From Gemmatimonadota bacterium (GTDB lineage: Bacteria > Gemmatimonadota > Gemmatimonadetes > Palauibacterales > Palauibacteraceae): a DNA stretch of 64,000 nt. The translations under genes and the position numbers were made by a program. Below the pieces are notes generated by a model. That model was not told the origin of the DNA and did not search any database. It saw only the letters and a list, made by a program, of their open reading frames with translations. Where the stretch lies: the NCBI GenBank assembly GCA_963666735.1, contig OY762926.1:1344001-1408000 (forward strand). The letters run 5' to 3'. Positions 1-12,425 of the stretch are shown piece by piece (the first letter of the stretch is position 1; each line of letters begins with the position of its first letter).

Positions 1-1
1 C

Positions 2-1474
2 ATGGGCCGGGTGGTGACGGACGAGACGCTGTCGGACAACGACGGGATCGCCTCATACGGCAACATCACGGCGTTCGCGGAGTCGAAGCACTCGCCCGGC
101 GCCCTTTACGTGGGGACGGATGACGGGAACCTGCAGGTGACGCTCGACGGCGGCGCCACCTGGACGAACGTCATCGACCAGGTGCCCGGCGTCCCGCCCC
201 GCACCTACGTGAGTCGTCTCGAGACGTCGCATGCGGTGGACGGACGCGTGTACGTGACGTTCGACGGGCACAGAAACGACGACTATGCGCCCTACGCCTA
301 CGCGAGCGAAGACCACGGTACGACCTGGCGGCAGATTGCGGCCGGCCTCCCCGACGGCTGGTCGGTGAACGTGATCCGGGAGCACCCGCGGAACCCGGAC
401 CTCCTCTTCCTCGGGAACGAGGTCGGCGTCTACGTGTCGATCGACCGGGGCGAGTCCTGGGCGCGCATGGTGAACAACCTGCCCACGGTTCCGGTGGACG
501 ACATCGCGATCCATCCGCGCGAGAACGACCTCGTGGTGGGGACGCACGGGCGCAGCATCTGGATCCTCGACGACATCACGCCGCTCGAGGAGATGTCCGC
601 GGACGTGTTCGCGTCCGACTTCCGGCTGTTCGGCGCCCGGCGCGGCACGATGTGGTCGATGGGCATGGACTGGCCCTTCCAGCCGGCGACGTTCATCGCC
701 CCCAACCCGCCGGCCGGGATGCCGCTCCGCTACTACCTGGGCGACGGGGTCGACTCGGACGGCGCGAGCCTCGAGATCCTCGATGGCGGCGAGGTCGTGC
801 GCACGATGGACGCCGCCGGGGAGGCGGGGCTGAACGAAGTCCTGTGGGACTTCCGGGTCGATCCGGCCTTCGACGTGGATGGAGGCGGGGGAGGCTTCTC
901 GCGTGGACCTCCGCCGGGCGCGGGGCCGCGGGTGCTGCCCGGCACCTATACCGTGCGGCTCACCGTCGGTGGTGAGAGCCAGGAGACCGAGGTGGGCGTG
1001 CGCCTCGACCCGCGGCGCGAGGCGAGCCGGGTGGCGCTCGTCGCCCGGCAGGACGCGATGATGCGGGCCCACGCGCTGGCCGGGCCCGTGCGGGACGCGC
1101 GGCAGCGGATCGGCACCATGAACGGCCGGCTGGACGAGATCAAGGCGCTGCTGGACGACGCGGAGATGGACGACGCGGACCGCGAGCGGATCGAGGCCAT
1201 GGCCGAGGAGATTTCCGGCGAACTCGAGGAGATCGACGACGATCTGGCTGACGCGGCCGGCGGCACCGGAATCTCGCAGATGGAAGGGTGGTCCGGCGAA
1301 CCCACGGCGGATCAAGTGTACCGGATCGACCGGGCCTGGGAAGCGCTCCCGCCGGTCGCGGAGCGGATTAACGCGCTCCTGGCCGGAAGCATGCCGGCGC
1401 TGGAAGCTCTGCTGGGCGACCTCGGGGTGATGCCGGATCTGGGCGACCCGATTCGCATCCCGCCGCGGCATTGA
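2..1474 (+). CDS. BNR/Asp-box (VPS10/sortilin-like) beta-propeller 'glycosyl hydrolase' protein, 5'-truncated by window edge
   Basis: Asp-box repeats TLDGGATW, SEDHGTTW, SIDRGESW; LVVGTHGRSIWILD; Ig-like segment (PGTYTVRLTV) and C-terminal coiled coil. Confidence 0.8.
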   Translation: MGRVVTDETLSDNDGIASYGNITAFAESKHSPGALYVGTDDGNLQVTLDGGATWTNVIDQVPGVPPRTYVSRLETSHAVDGRVYVTFDGHRNDDYAPYAYASEDHGTTWRQIAAGLPDGWSVNVIREHPRNPDLLFLGNEVGVYVSIDRGESWARMVNNLPTVPVDDIAIHPRENDLVVGTHGRSIWILDDITPLEEMSADVFASDFRLFGARRGTMWSMGMDWPFQPATFIAPNPPAGMPLRYYLGDGVDSDGASLEILDGGEVVRTMDAAGEAGLNEVLWDFRVDPAFDVDGGGGGFSRGPPPGAGPRVLPGTYTVRLTVGGESQETEVGVRLDPRREASRVALVARQDAMMRAHALAGPVRDARQRIGTMNGRLDEIKALLDDAEMDDADRERIEAMAEEISGELEEIDDDLADAAGGTGISQMEGWSGEPTADQVYRIDRAWEALPPVAERINALLAGSMPALEALLGDLGVMPDLGDPIRIPPRH

Positions 1475-1556
1475 CGCAGGGGGAGCGGCGGGCCGTCGGC
1501 GGGCGGCCCGTCGCCGCGCGGCGCCGGGAGCCTGGCAGACGCAGGCGGACCGCGCC

Positions 1557-4085
1557 TTGAGCGAACGCGCGCCGCAGCCGGCCACGGCGAGCATCGCCGT
1601 CATCGGGGCCGGCATCGTCGGCAGCTGCCTCGTCGAGCACCTCGCGCGGCGGGGCTGGGACGATCTCCTCCTCATCGACAAGGGGCCGCTGCCCGACCCC
1701 GGCGGCTCCACCGGTCACGCATCGAACTTCATCTTCCCCACCGACCACAACCGCGAGGTCGCCATGCTGACGCTGGAGAGCCAGCGGCAGTACGAGGCGC
1801 TCGGGGTGCAGACGACGTGCGGCGGCGCCGAGGTCGCCCGCACGGAGGCCCGCATGGAAGAACTGCGGCGCCGCATGACCTCGGCGCGCGCCTGGGGCAT
1901 CGACGCCGAGCTCCTCGCGCCGGGGGAAGTGGCCGAACGGATCCCGTTCGTGAACCCCGACGTCATATTGGGCGGCTTCTGGATGTCCTCCGTGTCCGTG
2001 GTCGACGCCGTCAGAGCCGGTACCCTTATGCGGGAGCGGGCCCTGTCCCGCGGCGCGCTCACGATCCTGGACAACACCGAGGTGACGGGATTCGAGGTCG
2101 ACCCCCGGCCCTTCGGGCGCCCGCGCCTGCAAGCCGTCCTCACGGCGCGCGGCCGCATCGAGGTCCGGCACGCCGTCATCGCGTGCGGCGTGTGGAGTCC
2201 ACGCATCGCGGAACTGGCCGGCGCCTCGATTCCGCTCACGCCGGCCGTCCACCAGATGGCGGACTTCGGCCCCATCGACCTCCTGCGCGCGACCGGCAAC
2301 GAGATCGGCTACCCCATCGTGCGCGACATGGACGCGTTCATGTACGAGCGCCAGAAGTACGAGGCGATGGAGGTCGGATCGTACGCGCACCGCCCCATCC
2401 TCGTGCGCCCCGGGGAGATCCCCTCGCGCGAGGCCTCGGAACGTTCGCCCACGGAGATGCCGTTCACGGGGGACGACTTCGCGCCGCAACTCGCGCAGGC
2501 GCGCGAGATCATGGGAGGACTGATCGAGGGCACGGAGATGGGATACGCGATCAACGGCCTCCTCTCCCTCACGCCCGACGCCCATCCGGTGCTGGGGGAA
2601 ACCGCCGAAGTCGCGAACCTGTGGTCGGCAGCGGCGGTGTGGATCAAGGAGGGCCCGGGCGCGGCGCGGCTCCTCGCCGAGTGGATCACCCACGGCCATC
2701 CCCGCCTGTGCGACCCGCACGAGTCGGACGTCACCCGGTTCCAGCCGCACGAGCGGACGCACGGGCATATCCGGGCCCGCGCCCGCGAGCACTTCAACAA
2801 GACGTACGGGATCGTACACCCGCGCGAGCAGTGGGAATCCTGCCGCGGCGCGCACCGCTCGGCGCTCCACGCCCACACCGAGGCCCTGGGGGCCGTGTAC
2901 TACGAGGCCCGCGGGTGGGAGCGTCCGCAGTGGTACGAGTCGAACGCGAAGCTCGCGGAACGATACGGCGTCCCGGATCGGCCGCACGAATGGGATCGCC
3001 GGTGGTGGTCTCCCATCATCGAGGCGGAACACCTGCACCTGCGCGAGAAGGCCGGCGTCGTCGACCTGGGCGCGTTCCAGATCTTCGACGTGACGGGCCC
3101 CGGGGCGCTCGCCTACCTGGAGCGGCTGGCGGCCAACGCGTGCGACCGGCCGCCGGGGACGTCCATCTACACGCCGCTGCTGACGCCGGACGGCGGCTTC
3201 AGGGCCGACCTCACCATCCAGAGGCTGGCGGCGGACCATTTCCGCGTCGTGACCGGCGCCTTTGACGGGGCGCGGGACGCGGCCTGGTTCCGCAAACAGC
3301 TGCCGGAGGATGGCTCCGCCCACTTCGAGGATCAGTCCTCGGAGGTCTGCGCGCTGGGCGTGTGGGGCCCCGCGGCGGAGGCACTGCTGGCGAAGATCTC
3401 CGCTGCGCCCCTCTCGCAGTCCGCGTTCCCGTACGCCTCCGTGCACGACGTCGAGCTGGACGGGATTCCCGTCACCATGTGCCGGATCTCGTATGTCGGG
3501 GAGAGCGGGTGGGAGATCTACGTGGAGGCCGGCCTCGCGACGCGGGCGTGGGACGCCGTATGGAAGGCGGGCCGGGCGTTCGGGCTTCGGCCGGTGGGTG
3601 CCGGCGTCTACGGTACGACGGGCCGCATGGAGAAGGGATACGCGCTCATGGGGGCCGAGCTCACCGCGGAGTATTCGCCGGTGGAAGCGGGTCTGGCGCG
3701 ACCCCGCGTGAAGCAGGCGGATTTCATCGGCCGGGCCGCCTACCTGGAGGCCCGGGAGGCGGGGCCGGCGGCGATGCTCCGCACGCTCACGATGGACGAC
3801 CACGCCGACGCTTCCGGCCTTGCCCGGTTCCCCACCGGAGGCAACGAGCCACTGCTCGGGCCTGACGGGGAGCGCATCGTCGACGCGCGCGGACGGGAAT
3901 CCCGCGTCACGTCGGCGGGGATGGGCCCCTCCGTCGGCAAGTACCTCCTGATGGCGTACCTGCCGCCGGAACTCGCCGCCCCCGGAACGCGCCTCCGGGT
4001 CCTCTACATGAACGAGGCCTTCCCGGTCACCGTGGCGGCCGTTACCGCGCTCTTCGACCCGAGCGGCGCCCGCATGAGATCGTAA
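1557..4085 (+). CDS. GcvT-family FAD-dependent oxidoreductase (dimethylglycine/sarcosine dehydrogenase-like)
   Basis: N-terminal VIGAGIVG FAD motif, GGSTGHAS, C-terminal THF-binding GcvT domain (RISYVGESGWEIY, RMEKGY); 842 aa; TTG start. Confidence 0.9.
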   Translation: MSERAPQPATASIAVIGAGIVGSCLVEHLARRGWDDLLLIDKGPLPDPGGSTGHASNFIFPTDHNREVAMLTLESQRQYEALGVQTTCGGAEVARTEARMEELRRRMTSARAWGIDAELLAPGEVAERIPFVNPDVILGGFWMSSVSVVDAVRAGTLMRERALSRGALTILDNTEVTGFEVDPRPFGRPRLQAVLTARGRIEVRHAVIACGVWSPRIAELAGASIPLTPAVHQMADFGPIDLLRATGNEIGYPIVRDMDAFMYERQKYEAMEVGSYAHRPILVRPGEIPSREASERSPTEMPFTGDDFAPQLAQAREIMGGLIEGTEMGYAINGLLSLTPDAHPVLGETAEVANLWSAAAVWIKEGPGAARLLAEWITHGHPRLCDPHESDVTRFQPHERTHGHIRARAREHFNKTYGIVHPREQWESCRGAHRSALHAHTEALGAVYYEARGWERPQWYESNAKLAERYGVPDRPHEWDRRWWSPIIEAEHLHLREKAGVVDLGAFQIFDVTGPGALAYLERLAANACDRPPGTSIYTPLLTPDGGFRADLTIQRLAADHFRVVTGAFDGARDAAWFRKQLPEDGSAHFEDQSSEVCALGVWGPAAEALLAKISAAPLSQSAFPYASVHDVELDGIPVTMCRISYVGESGWEIYVEAGLATRAWDAVWKAGRAFGLRPVGAGVYGTTGRMEKGYALMGAELTAEYSPVEAGLARPRVKQADFIGRAAYLEAREAGPAAMLRTLTMDDHADASGLARFPTGGNEPLLGPDGERIVDARGRESRVTSAGMGPSVGKYLLMAYLPPELAAPGTRLRVLYMNEAFPVTVAAVTALFDPSGARMRS

Positions 4086-4133
4086 TCCGGGCGGGGTTAC
4101 ATGGTCGCGGCGCGTCCGGCTCCGGGGGTCGGG

Positions 4134-5450
4134 CTACAGGGCCGCGTCGCGCCCCTGGGCCAGGGCCACCTCGCGGGTGCTGGGGTTCGCGGAAGGCCTG
4201 AACGGGACCTCGCAGACGCGGGCCGCGTCGGGCTTGCCCGGCACGCTCGCGTACTCGTCCGGGAGCCACACCGCGAGTTCCGTGCCGATGGCGGAGTCGG
4301 CGGGCGGGACGTACCCGAGCGCGATGTTGCTGCCCAACTCGGGGGCATGCCACGGCGACGTGAGGTATCCGACCGGATCGCCGCCGTCCGCGCGCGACAC
4401 GTGCCAGAAGTCGGGCGCGTAATCGTCGATCGGCGCGCCACCCAGCGTCATCCCCACCATCACGAGGGCGAACGGAGAGCGTCCCGCTTCGACCTCGGCA
4501 CGCTGGCGCTCCAGCGCGACGCGCCCGATGTAGTCGCCCGGTTTCTCGCGCGGCACCTGGTAGGCGAGGTTGCACTGGAACGGACTCGTCTCATGATCCA
4601 TGTCCTGCCCCCACGACAGGATCCCGGCCTGGATTCGGCGCTGATGCCCGGGGGCCGTGACCATCAACTCGTGCGCTTCACCCGCCTCGAGCACGGCTTG
4701 CCACAGCGCTTCCGCGTGCAGGGTCGCGTCCCGCAGGTAGACCTCGTAGCCCTTCTCCCCCGAGAATCCGGTCTGCGAGACCACGACCGAACAGCCGGCG
4801 ATCTCCGCTTCCATGAGCCCGTAGTAGGGCATGTCCCGGACGCCCTCCCCCACGAGATCGGCCATGAGCTCGACCGACCGCGGCCCCTGGATCTGCAGCG
4901 GGCAGACATCGATCTCATCGATCTCCACCCGCAGCCCGAGCCCGACGTTCACCCCCTGCAGCCAGAACAGGAGGTCGGAGTCGGCGAGCGAGAACCAGAA
5001 TTCGTCCTCGGAGAGCCGCAGCAGCACCGGGTCGTTGAGGATGCCGCCGCGCTCGTTGCAGAGGATGACGTACCTCGCGCGCATCGGTTCGATCCGGGTC
5101 GCGTCGCGGGTGATCACATGGTCGGTAAACGCCTCCGCGTCCGGTCCCTTGACGCGAATCTGCCGCTCCACGGCGACGTTCCACACCGTGACGCGATTGG
5201 TGAGCGCCTCGTGTTCGACCGCCGCTCCTCCCTCCTCGGGCCGCGCGTAGCCCCGCGGGTGGTAGATGCGGTTGTAGACGGTGGCCCGCCAGCAACCCGC
5301 CGCGTGCGACAGGTGCCAGTAGGGCGATTTCCGGACCCGGGTGGAGATGAGCATCTCGACCGGCGTCCGCCCGCTCTGCCGCAGGTTGATGGGGACGATG
5401 CGGTCCGACTGGTCCACGCTCGCGGGCTGGCCCGCTCCCGTTGTCGCCAT
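4134..5450 (-). CDS. GcvT-family aminomethyltransferase, DmdA (DMSP demethylase)-like
   Basis: Motifs RVRKSP, TVYN, VWNVAVERQI, GGILNDPV, SLADSDLL, PLQIQGP, QTGFSGEKGYEVY resemble DmdA/GcvT proteins. Confidence 0.8.
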   Translation of the reverse strand: MATTGAGQPASVDQSDRIVPINLRQSGRTPVEMLISTRVRKSPYWHLSHAAGCWRATVYNRIYHPRGYARPEEGGAAVEHEALTNRVTVWNVAVERQIRVKGPDAEAFTDHVITRDATRIEPMRARYVILCNERGGILNDPVLLRLSEDEFWFSLADSDLLFWLQGVNVGLGLRVEIDEIDVCPLQIQGPRSVELMADLVGEGVRDMPYYGLMEAEIAGCSVVVSQTGFSGEKGYEVYLRDATLHAEALWQAVLEAGEAHELMVTAPGHQRRIQAGILSWGQDMDHETSPFQCNLAYQVPREKPGDYIGRVALERQRAEVEAGRSPFALVMVGMTLGGAPIDDYAPDFWHVSRADGGDPVGYLTSPWHAPELGSNIALGYVPPADSAIGTELAVWLPDEYASVPGKPDAARVCEVPFRPSANPSTREVALAQGRDAAL

Positions 5451-5512
5451 CGAACATCCTCTCGTTCTGAGGTGCCGGGTGGGACCGGGCCTCCCGCCGG
5501 TGACAGTCTTCG

Positions 5513-5773
5513 CTAACGATAGACGTCACCGCGGTGCCCGACCTTCAGGATGATGATGATCAGGGTCTTCGTGCCGACGCTGTACAGAACCCGGTAAGGC
5601 CCCACGCGCACGCGAAAGACACCCTCGTAGCCCGTGAGCTTTCTCGTTCCCTTCGGGAACGGGTCGCGCGCCAGACTCGACATCCCGTGCGCCACCCGCT
5701 GCCGATCCGCATGGGGGAGCTTGCGCAGCTGCTTCTCCGCCGTTCGCGAGATCTCGATCTCATAACGAGCCAT
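5513..5773 (-). CDS. RelE/ParE-family type II toxin
   Basis: 86 aa basic protein; YEIEISRTAEKQL...KLTGYEGVFRVRVGPYRVLY...VGHRGDVYR; overlaps antitoxin stop. Confidence 0.9.
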   Translation of the reverse strand: MARYEIEISRTAEKQLRKLPHADRQRVAHGMSSLARDPFPKGTRKLTGYEGVFRVRVGPYRVLYSVGTKTLIIIILKVGHRGDVYR

Positions 5774-5984
5774 CGAGGCCGAGTTCTCCGAGGACGTCTG
5801 CCAGCGGGCGAGTGGGTTCGTGCCTGATCTTCTTCAGATCCTCGATGTCTTCAAGTTCCTCGAGACGGTCGAGCAACGCTTCCTGCACGAAGTGATTGAT
5901 GGCCACGCCCCGCGGCCGGCAGTATCCCTCCACCGCGTCCTTCACCACCGCATCCACGCGGACGTTGATCTGCACTTTTTCCAT
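5760..5984 (-). CDS. Ribbon-helix-helix antitoxin
   Basis: 74 aa; N-terminal alternating beta strand (VQINVRV) plus two helices; acidic LEELEDIEDL; directly upstream of and overlapping the toxin. Confidence 0.85.
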   Translation of the reverse strand: MEKVQINVRVDAVVKDAVEGYCRPRGVAINHFVQEALLDRLEELEDIEDLKKIRHEPTRPLADVLGELGLDGSL

Positions 5985-6016
5985 CGTATCCCCTCATTTC
6001 GGCGGACACGCAGGGT

Positions 6017-6048
6017 TCCATGATAGCAATTGCTATCATGGAGAACAA
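6017..6048 (-). promoter_or_regulatory. TA operon sigma70-type promoter with palindromic operator
   Basis: Minus strand TTGTTC-17 nt-TATCAT with extended -10 TG; perfect palindrome TCCATGATAGCAATTGCTATCATGGA at 6017-6042. Confidence 0.75.
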
Positions 6049-6081
6049 TCGCAGTCGCCCGAGGGTGATCCCGGATGGGCC

Positions 6082-7215
6082 CTAAGCGCTCTTCCAGTCC
6101 GCCAGGATCTGCGCGTCGCGGTCGAGGTTCAACTGAAGCTCCGCGCGGCGCTCCTCGGGTTCGCTCAGGAACCAATCGAGCGTCTCGCGCGCGGTCACCG
6201 CGAGCGGCCGGAAACGCAGCCCCGCCTCGACGCCCCGGTGCGACCGGACGCGCGCCAGCGCTCTCGCGCGGCCGTTCACCGAGTACCAGAGCGGGAAGCG
6301 CGCCGGCGGTTCGCGGTTCGCAAGGAAGTCCTCGTCCACCCACGTGAACGACACCCGGGACGTAGTGATGCCGCGGATCCCGTACAGGAACTCGTCCATC
6401 CGCGTCTCGTCGAGCGTCGGACCCGCCACGTTGAAGATGCCGCCCGTGTTCTCCTCCAGCAGGCGCACGCAGAACTCCGCCAGGTCCCGCACGTCGATGA
6501 ACTGCACGGGGTTGTCCATCTTGCCCGGCGCGATCACCTCGCCGCCGCGATGGATCCGGACCGGCCAGTATGTGAAGCGGCCGGTGGGGTCTCCCGGCCC
6601 CGCAACGACGTGCAGTCGGGTGACCGTGCCGCGGTCCCCGTAGATCTCCCGCACCGCCTCCTCGCACATCACCTTCAGCTCTCCGTAGTAGCGTCCCACG
6701 TCCTCGCTCTCGGGATCCGTCACCTCGAGCAGGCGGGCATCTTCCGGCAGTTCGTCCTGGGCGAAATCGTATACCGAGCCGGTGGAGGTGAACAGGTATC
6801 GGCCGACGGCGTCGCGCAGGAGGTTGCCCGAGTCGCGCACCAGGCGCGGCACGTAGCCGCTGTTGTCGATGACGTAGTCCCATTCCTTCCCGCGCAGCGC
6901 GTCGAGCGCGCCGTCGCGGTCGCCGATGAGGGTCTCGACCCCGGGGAAGAGATCGGGGTTCGTGCGTCCGCGGTTGAAGAGGGTGACCTCGTGGCCGCGC
7001 GCGAGGGCGTGGCGTACCATGTGAGGGCCGATGAAGCCGGTGCCGCCCAGAATGAGCAGCCGACCGGACCGGGCCACACCTTCGCCGGTGGCGCCTTCGG
7101 AATCGGTCGAGGGCCGGGGCTCCCCCGCGCCTGCGGCCGCCCCGGCGGCCGGGAGTGCCGCCGCCCCCGCGACGGCGAGCGAAGTCCCCGCGAATTCACG
7201 TCGCGTCATCGTCAT
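6082..7215 (-). CDS. NAD(P)-dependent epimerase/dehydratase (atypical SDR) with twin-arginine signal
   Basis: Start MTMTRREFAG after AGGAGG; ILGGTGFIG Rossmann motif; FNRG; YGELK. Confidence 0.85.
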   Translation of the reverse strand: MTMTRREFAGTSLAVAGAAALPAAGAAAGAGEPRPSTDSEGATGEGVARSGRLLILGGTGFIGPHMVRHALARGHEVTLFNRGRTNPDLFPGVETLIGDRDGALDALRGKEWDYVIDNSGYVPRLVRDSGNLLRDAVGRYLFTSTGSVYDFAQDELPEDARLLEVTDPESEDVGRYYGELKVMCEEAVREIYGDRGTVTRLHVVAGPGDPTGRFTYWPVRIHRGGEVIAPGKMDNPVQFIDVRDLAEFCVRLLEENTGGIFNVAGPTLDETRMDEFLYGIRGITTSRVSFTWVDEDFLANREPPARFPLWYSVNGRARALARVRSHRGVEAGLRFRPLAVTARETLDWFLSEPEERRAELQLNLDRDAQILADWKSA

Positions 7216-7298
7216 CGGATGTCCTCCTGTCCGTCGCTGCGCGTTCCCGCTGGAACGCCGGGATGTCGCCGCCTGGCCAGCCGGCGGTTGAAGACCGC

Positions 7299-8468
7299 TC
7301 AGGATCGCATCTCGCCTAGCGCCTCGCCAAGCAGGGCAATGTCCGCCTCGAACGACTCCGGGGCGAGGGGGCCGAAGGAGAAGCGGAAGAAGCTCGACAG
7401 CGGCGAGTCGTCGCCGAGGCGCTCCATGTCGCAGTCGGTACCCTTGAGAATCGCGGCCCCGCGCGTGAAGAGGCGCTCGTTCAGCTGCTGGGCGGTCCAG
7501 CCGTGCGGAAGCCGGCACCAGTGGTAGAAGCCGCCGTCGCCCGAAAAGAGCTCGAGGCCGAGATCTTCGAAGGCCCGGCCGTAGCGCTCACGCTGCATGG
7601 CGTAGAAGGCGGGGACGGCCGCCCGGACGTGGAGCATGCGCTCGGGGTCCAGGAGTTCGACCGCGTAGCACTGTGACGGGTGGGACACGCCGCCCATCCC
7701 GAACGAGGAGAAGTTCGCGAGCACTTCGATGTGCCGCTTCGCCGCCACGGCCCACCCGATGCGGATGCCGGGCGCCTGCAGACCCTTCGTGGCGGCGCCG
7801 ACGACGAACAGGTTGCCGCGCTCGATGTCGTCCACGTGCGCGAGAGCGCTCACCGGCTCGTCGTGGAGAAGCTCGTAGGCCTCGTCGACGAGGAGCCCCA
7901 GGCCGTCCTGCGCGCTGGCCGCGACGAGCGCCGCGAGTTCCTCCCCGGTCCGCGTCGCGCCGGTCGGATTGCACGGATTGCTCAGCAGCATCAGGGTGCG
8001 CCCCTCCCGCGGAGCCGTGTAGGCCGCGACCGGGGGCCGGAACCCGTTGTCCACGCCGCTGTGCAAGAGATGGTAGGGGCGGCGCAGCCGCTCGAGGACA
8101 TCGTAGTACGGAGTGTATTCCGTCGACGCCAGGCGAACCTCGATATCGGGTTCGAGGAAGAGGAGGAGCGCCACGATCGCGGGACGCCCGCCCGCGAACA
8201 CCATCACGTTCTCGGCCGTGATCTCGACACCGTACGACTGCCGGTAGTACCCCGCGATCGCCTCTCTCAGCGCCGGGAGCCCCCACGCCTTGGGGTATTT
8301 GCGGTGCTCGGAGGTCACCGTCACGGTTGACGGAAGCGGCGGGCCGTCCGGCAGGGCGACGGTCCGCGGGAACCCCTGGCTCCACGGGTTCGTGCCGGGC
8401 TCGCCCATGTAGGTGCCGAACGCCCCCAGGAAGGCGTAGAGCGTCTCGTAGATGCCCATCGGGGGCAT
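7299..8468 (-). CDS. PLP-dependent aminotransferase, class I/II
   Basis: GLPALREAIA, SNPCNPTG, VDEAY, ATKGLQAPGIRIGW, FRFSF; start may be TTG at 8483. Confidence 0.85.
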   Translation of the reverse strand: MPPMGIYETLYAFLGAFGTYMGEPGTNPWSQGFPRTVALPDGPPLPSTVTVTSEHRKYPKAWGLPALREAIAGYYRQSYGVEITAENVMVFAGGRPAIVALLLFLEPDIEVRLASTEYTPYYDVLERLRRPYHLLHSGVDNGFRPPVAAYTAPREGRTLMLLSNPCNPTGATRTGEELAALVAASAQDGLGLLVDEAYELLHDEPVSALAHVDDIERGNLFVVGAATKGLQAPGIRIGWAVAAKRHIEVLANFSSFGMGGVSHPSQCYAVELLDPERMLHVRAAVPAFYAMQRERYGRAFEDLGLELFSGDGGFYHWCRLPHGWTAQQLNERLFTRGAAILKGTDCDMERLGDDSPLSSFFRFSFGPLAPESFEADIALLGEALGEMRS

Positions 8469-8546
8469 GTATCTCAGGTACAAGCGGGTCGCTCCTTCCG
8501 GTTGGCGGCGCGCGGCAAGGGATGGCCGGGCGCGGTCAGGACATGA

Positions 8547-8990
8547 TCAGGAGGTCGGCGATGCCTCCACGGTGAGCGTCATGAGCATCCCGCGGCTGTC
8601 GTGGCCGGCGACATCGCACACCACGGTGTAGCTCCCGGGAGCAAGGTCGAGTTCTACCAGGCGAACCTCCCCGGTATTCACGTCCGTCTCGGTCTCCCAG
8701 AGAAGCTCTCCGCTCGCCGGGTCCACGAGCTTGAGGTTGTGCATTTCGAAGCCCTGGTTACTGAGGCGGAGCACCGTGGGGCCGGCCGGCAGCCGCGACG
8801 GCATGCCGATCGCGTACTCGAGCAGGGCCACGTCGACCGCCTCGACGGCGTACACGGCCGACAGATCCGGCTCCGAGGCGGCGCCGGCCGCTCCCGGCGC
8901 GGCGGCCGCGCGGGCCGACTCGGCCCTCGCATCCGCGGACTCCCCTTCTCCGCCGCATCCGAACGCGAGTACCGCGGCGGCGATGGGCAT
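8547..8990 (-). CDS. Cupredoxin-like (type 1 copper) lipoprotein
   Basis: Lipobox LAFGC; NQGFEMHNL and PGSYTVVCDVAGHDSRGM supply H/C/H/M ligands; start uncertain. Confidence 0.7.
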   Translation of the reverse strand: MPIAAAVLAFGCGGEGESADARAESARAAAAPGAAGAASEPDLSAVYAVEAVDVALLEYAIGMPSRLPAGPTVLRLSNQGFEMHNLKLVDPASGELLWETETDVNTGEVRLVELDLAPGSYTVVCDVAGHDSRGMLMTLTVEASPTS

Positions 8991-9040
8991 GCCACGACGA
9001 CGCGCCGGCGGCAGCACGGTCCGCCTCGCTGCCGGCGATC

Positions 9041-12418
<3,378 letters not shown>

Positions 12419-12425
12419 CCGGGGC

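Noticed and set aside
53..3803. Long minus-strand ORFs 53-1711 and 1368-3803
   Set aside because: Antisense shadows of the two well-supported plus-strand genes.
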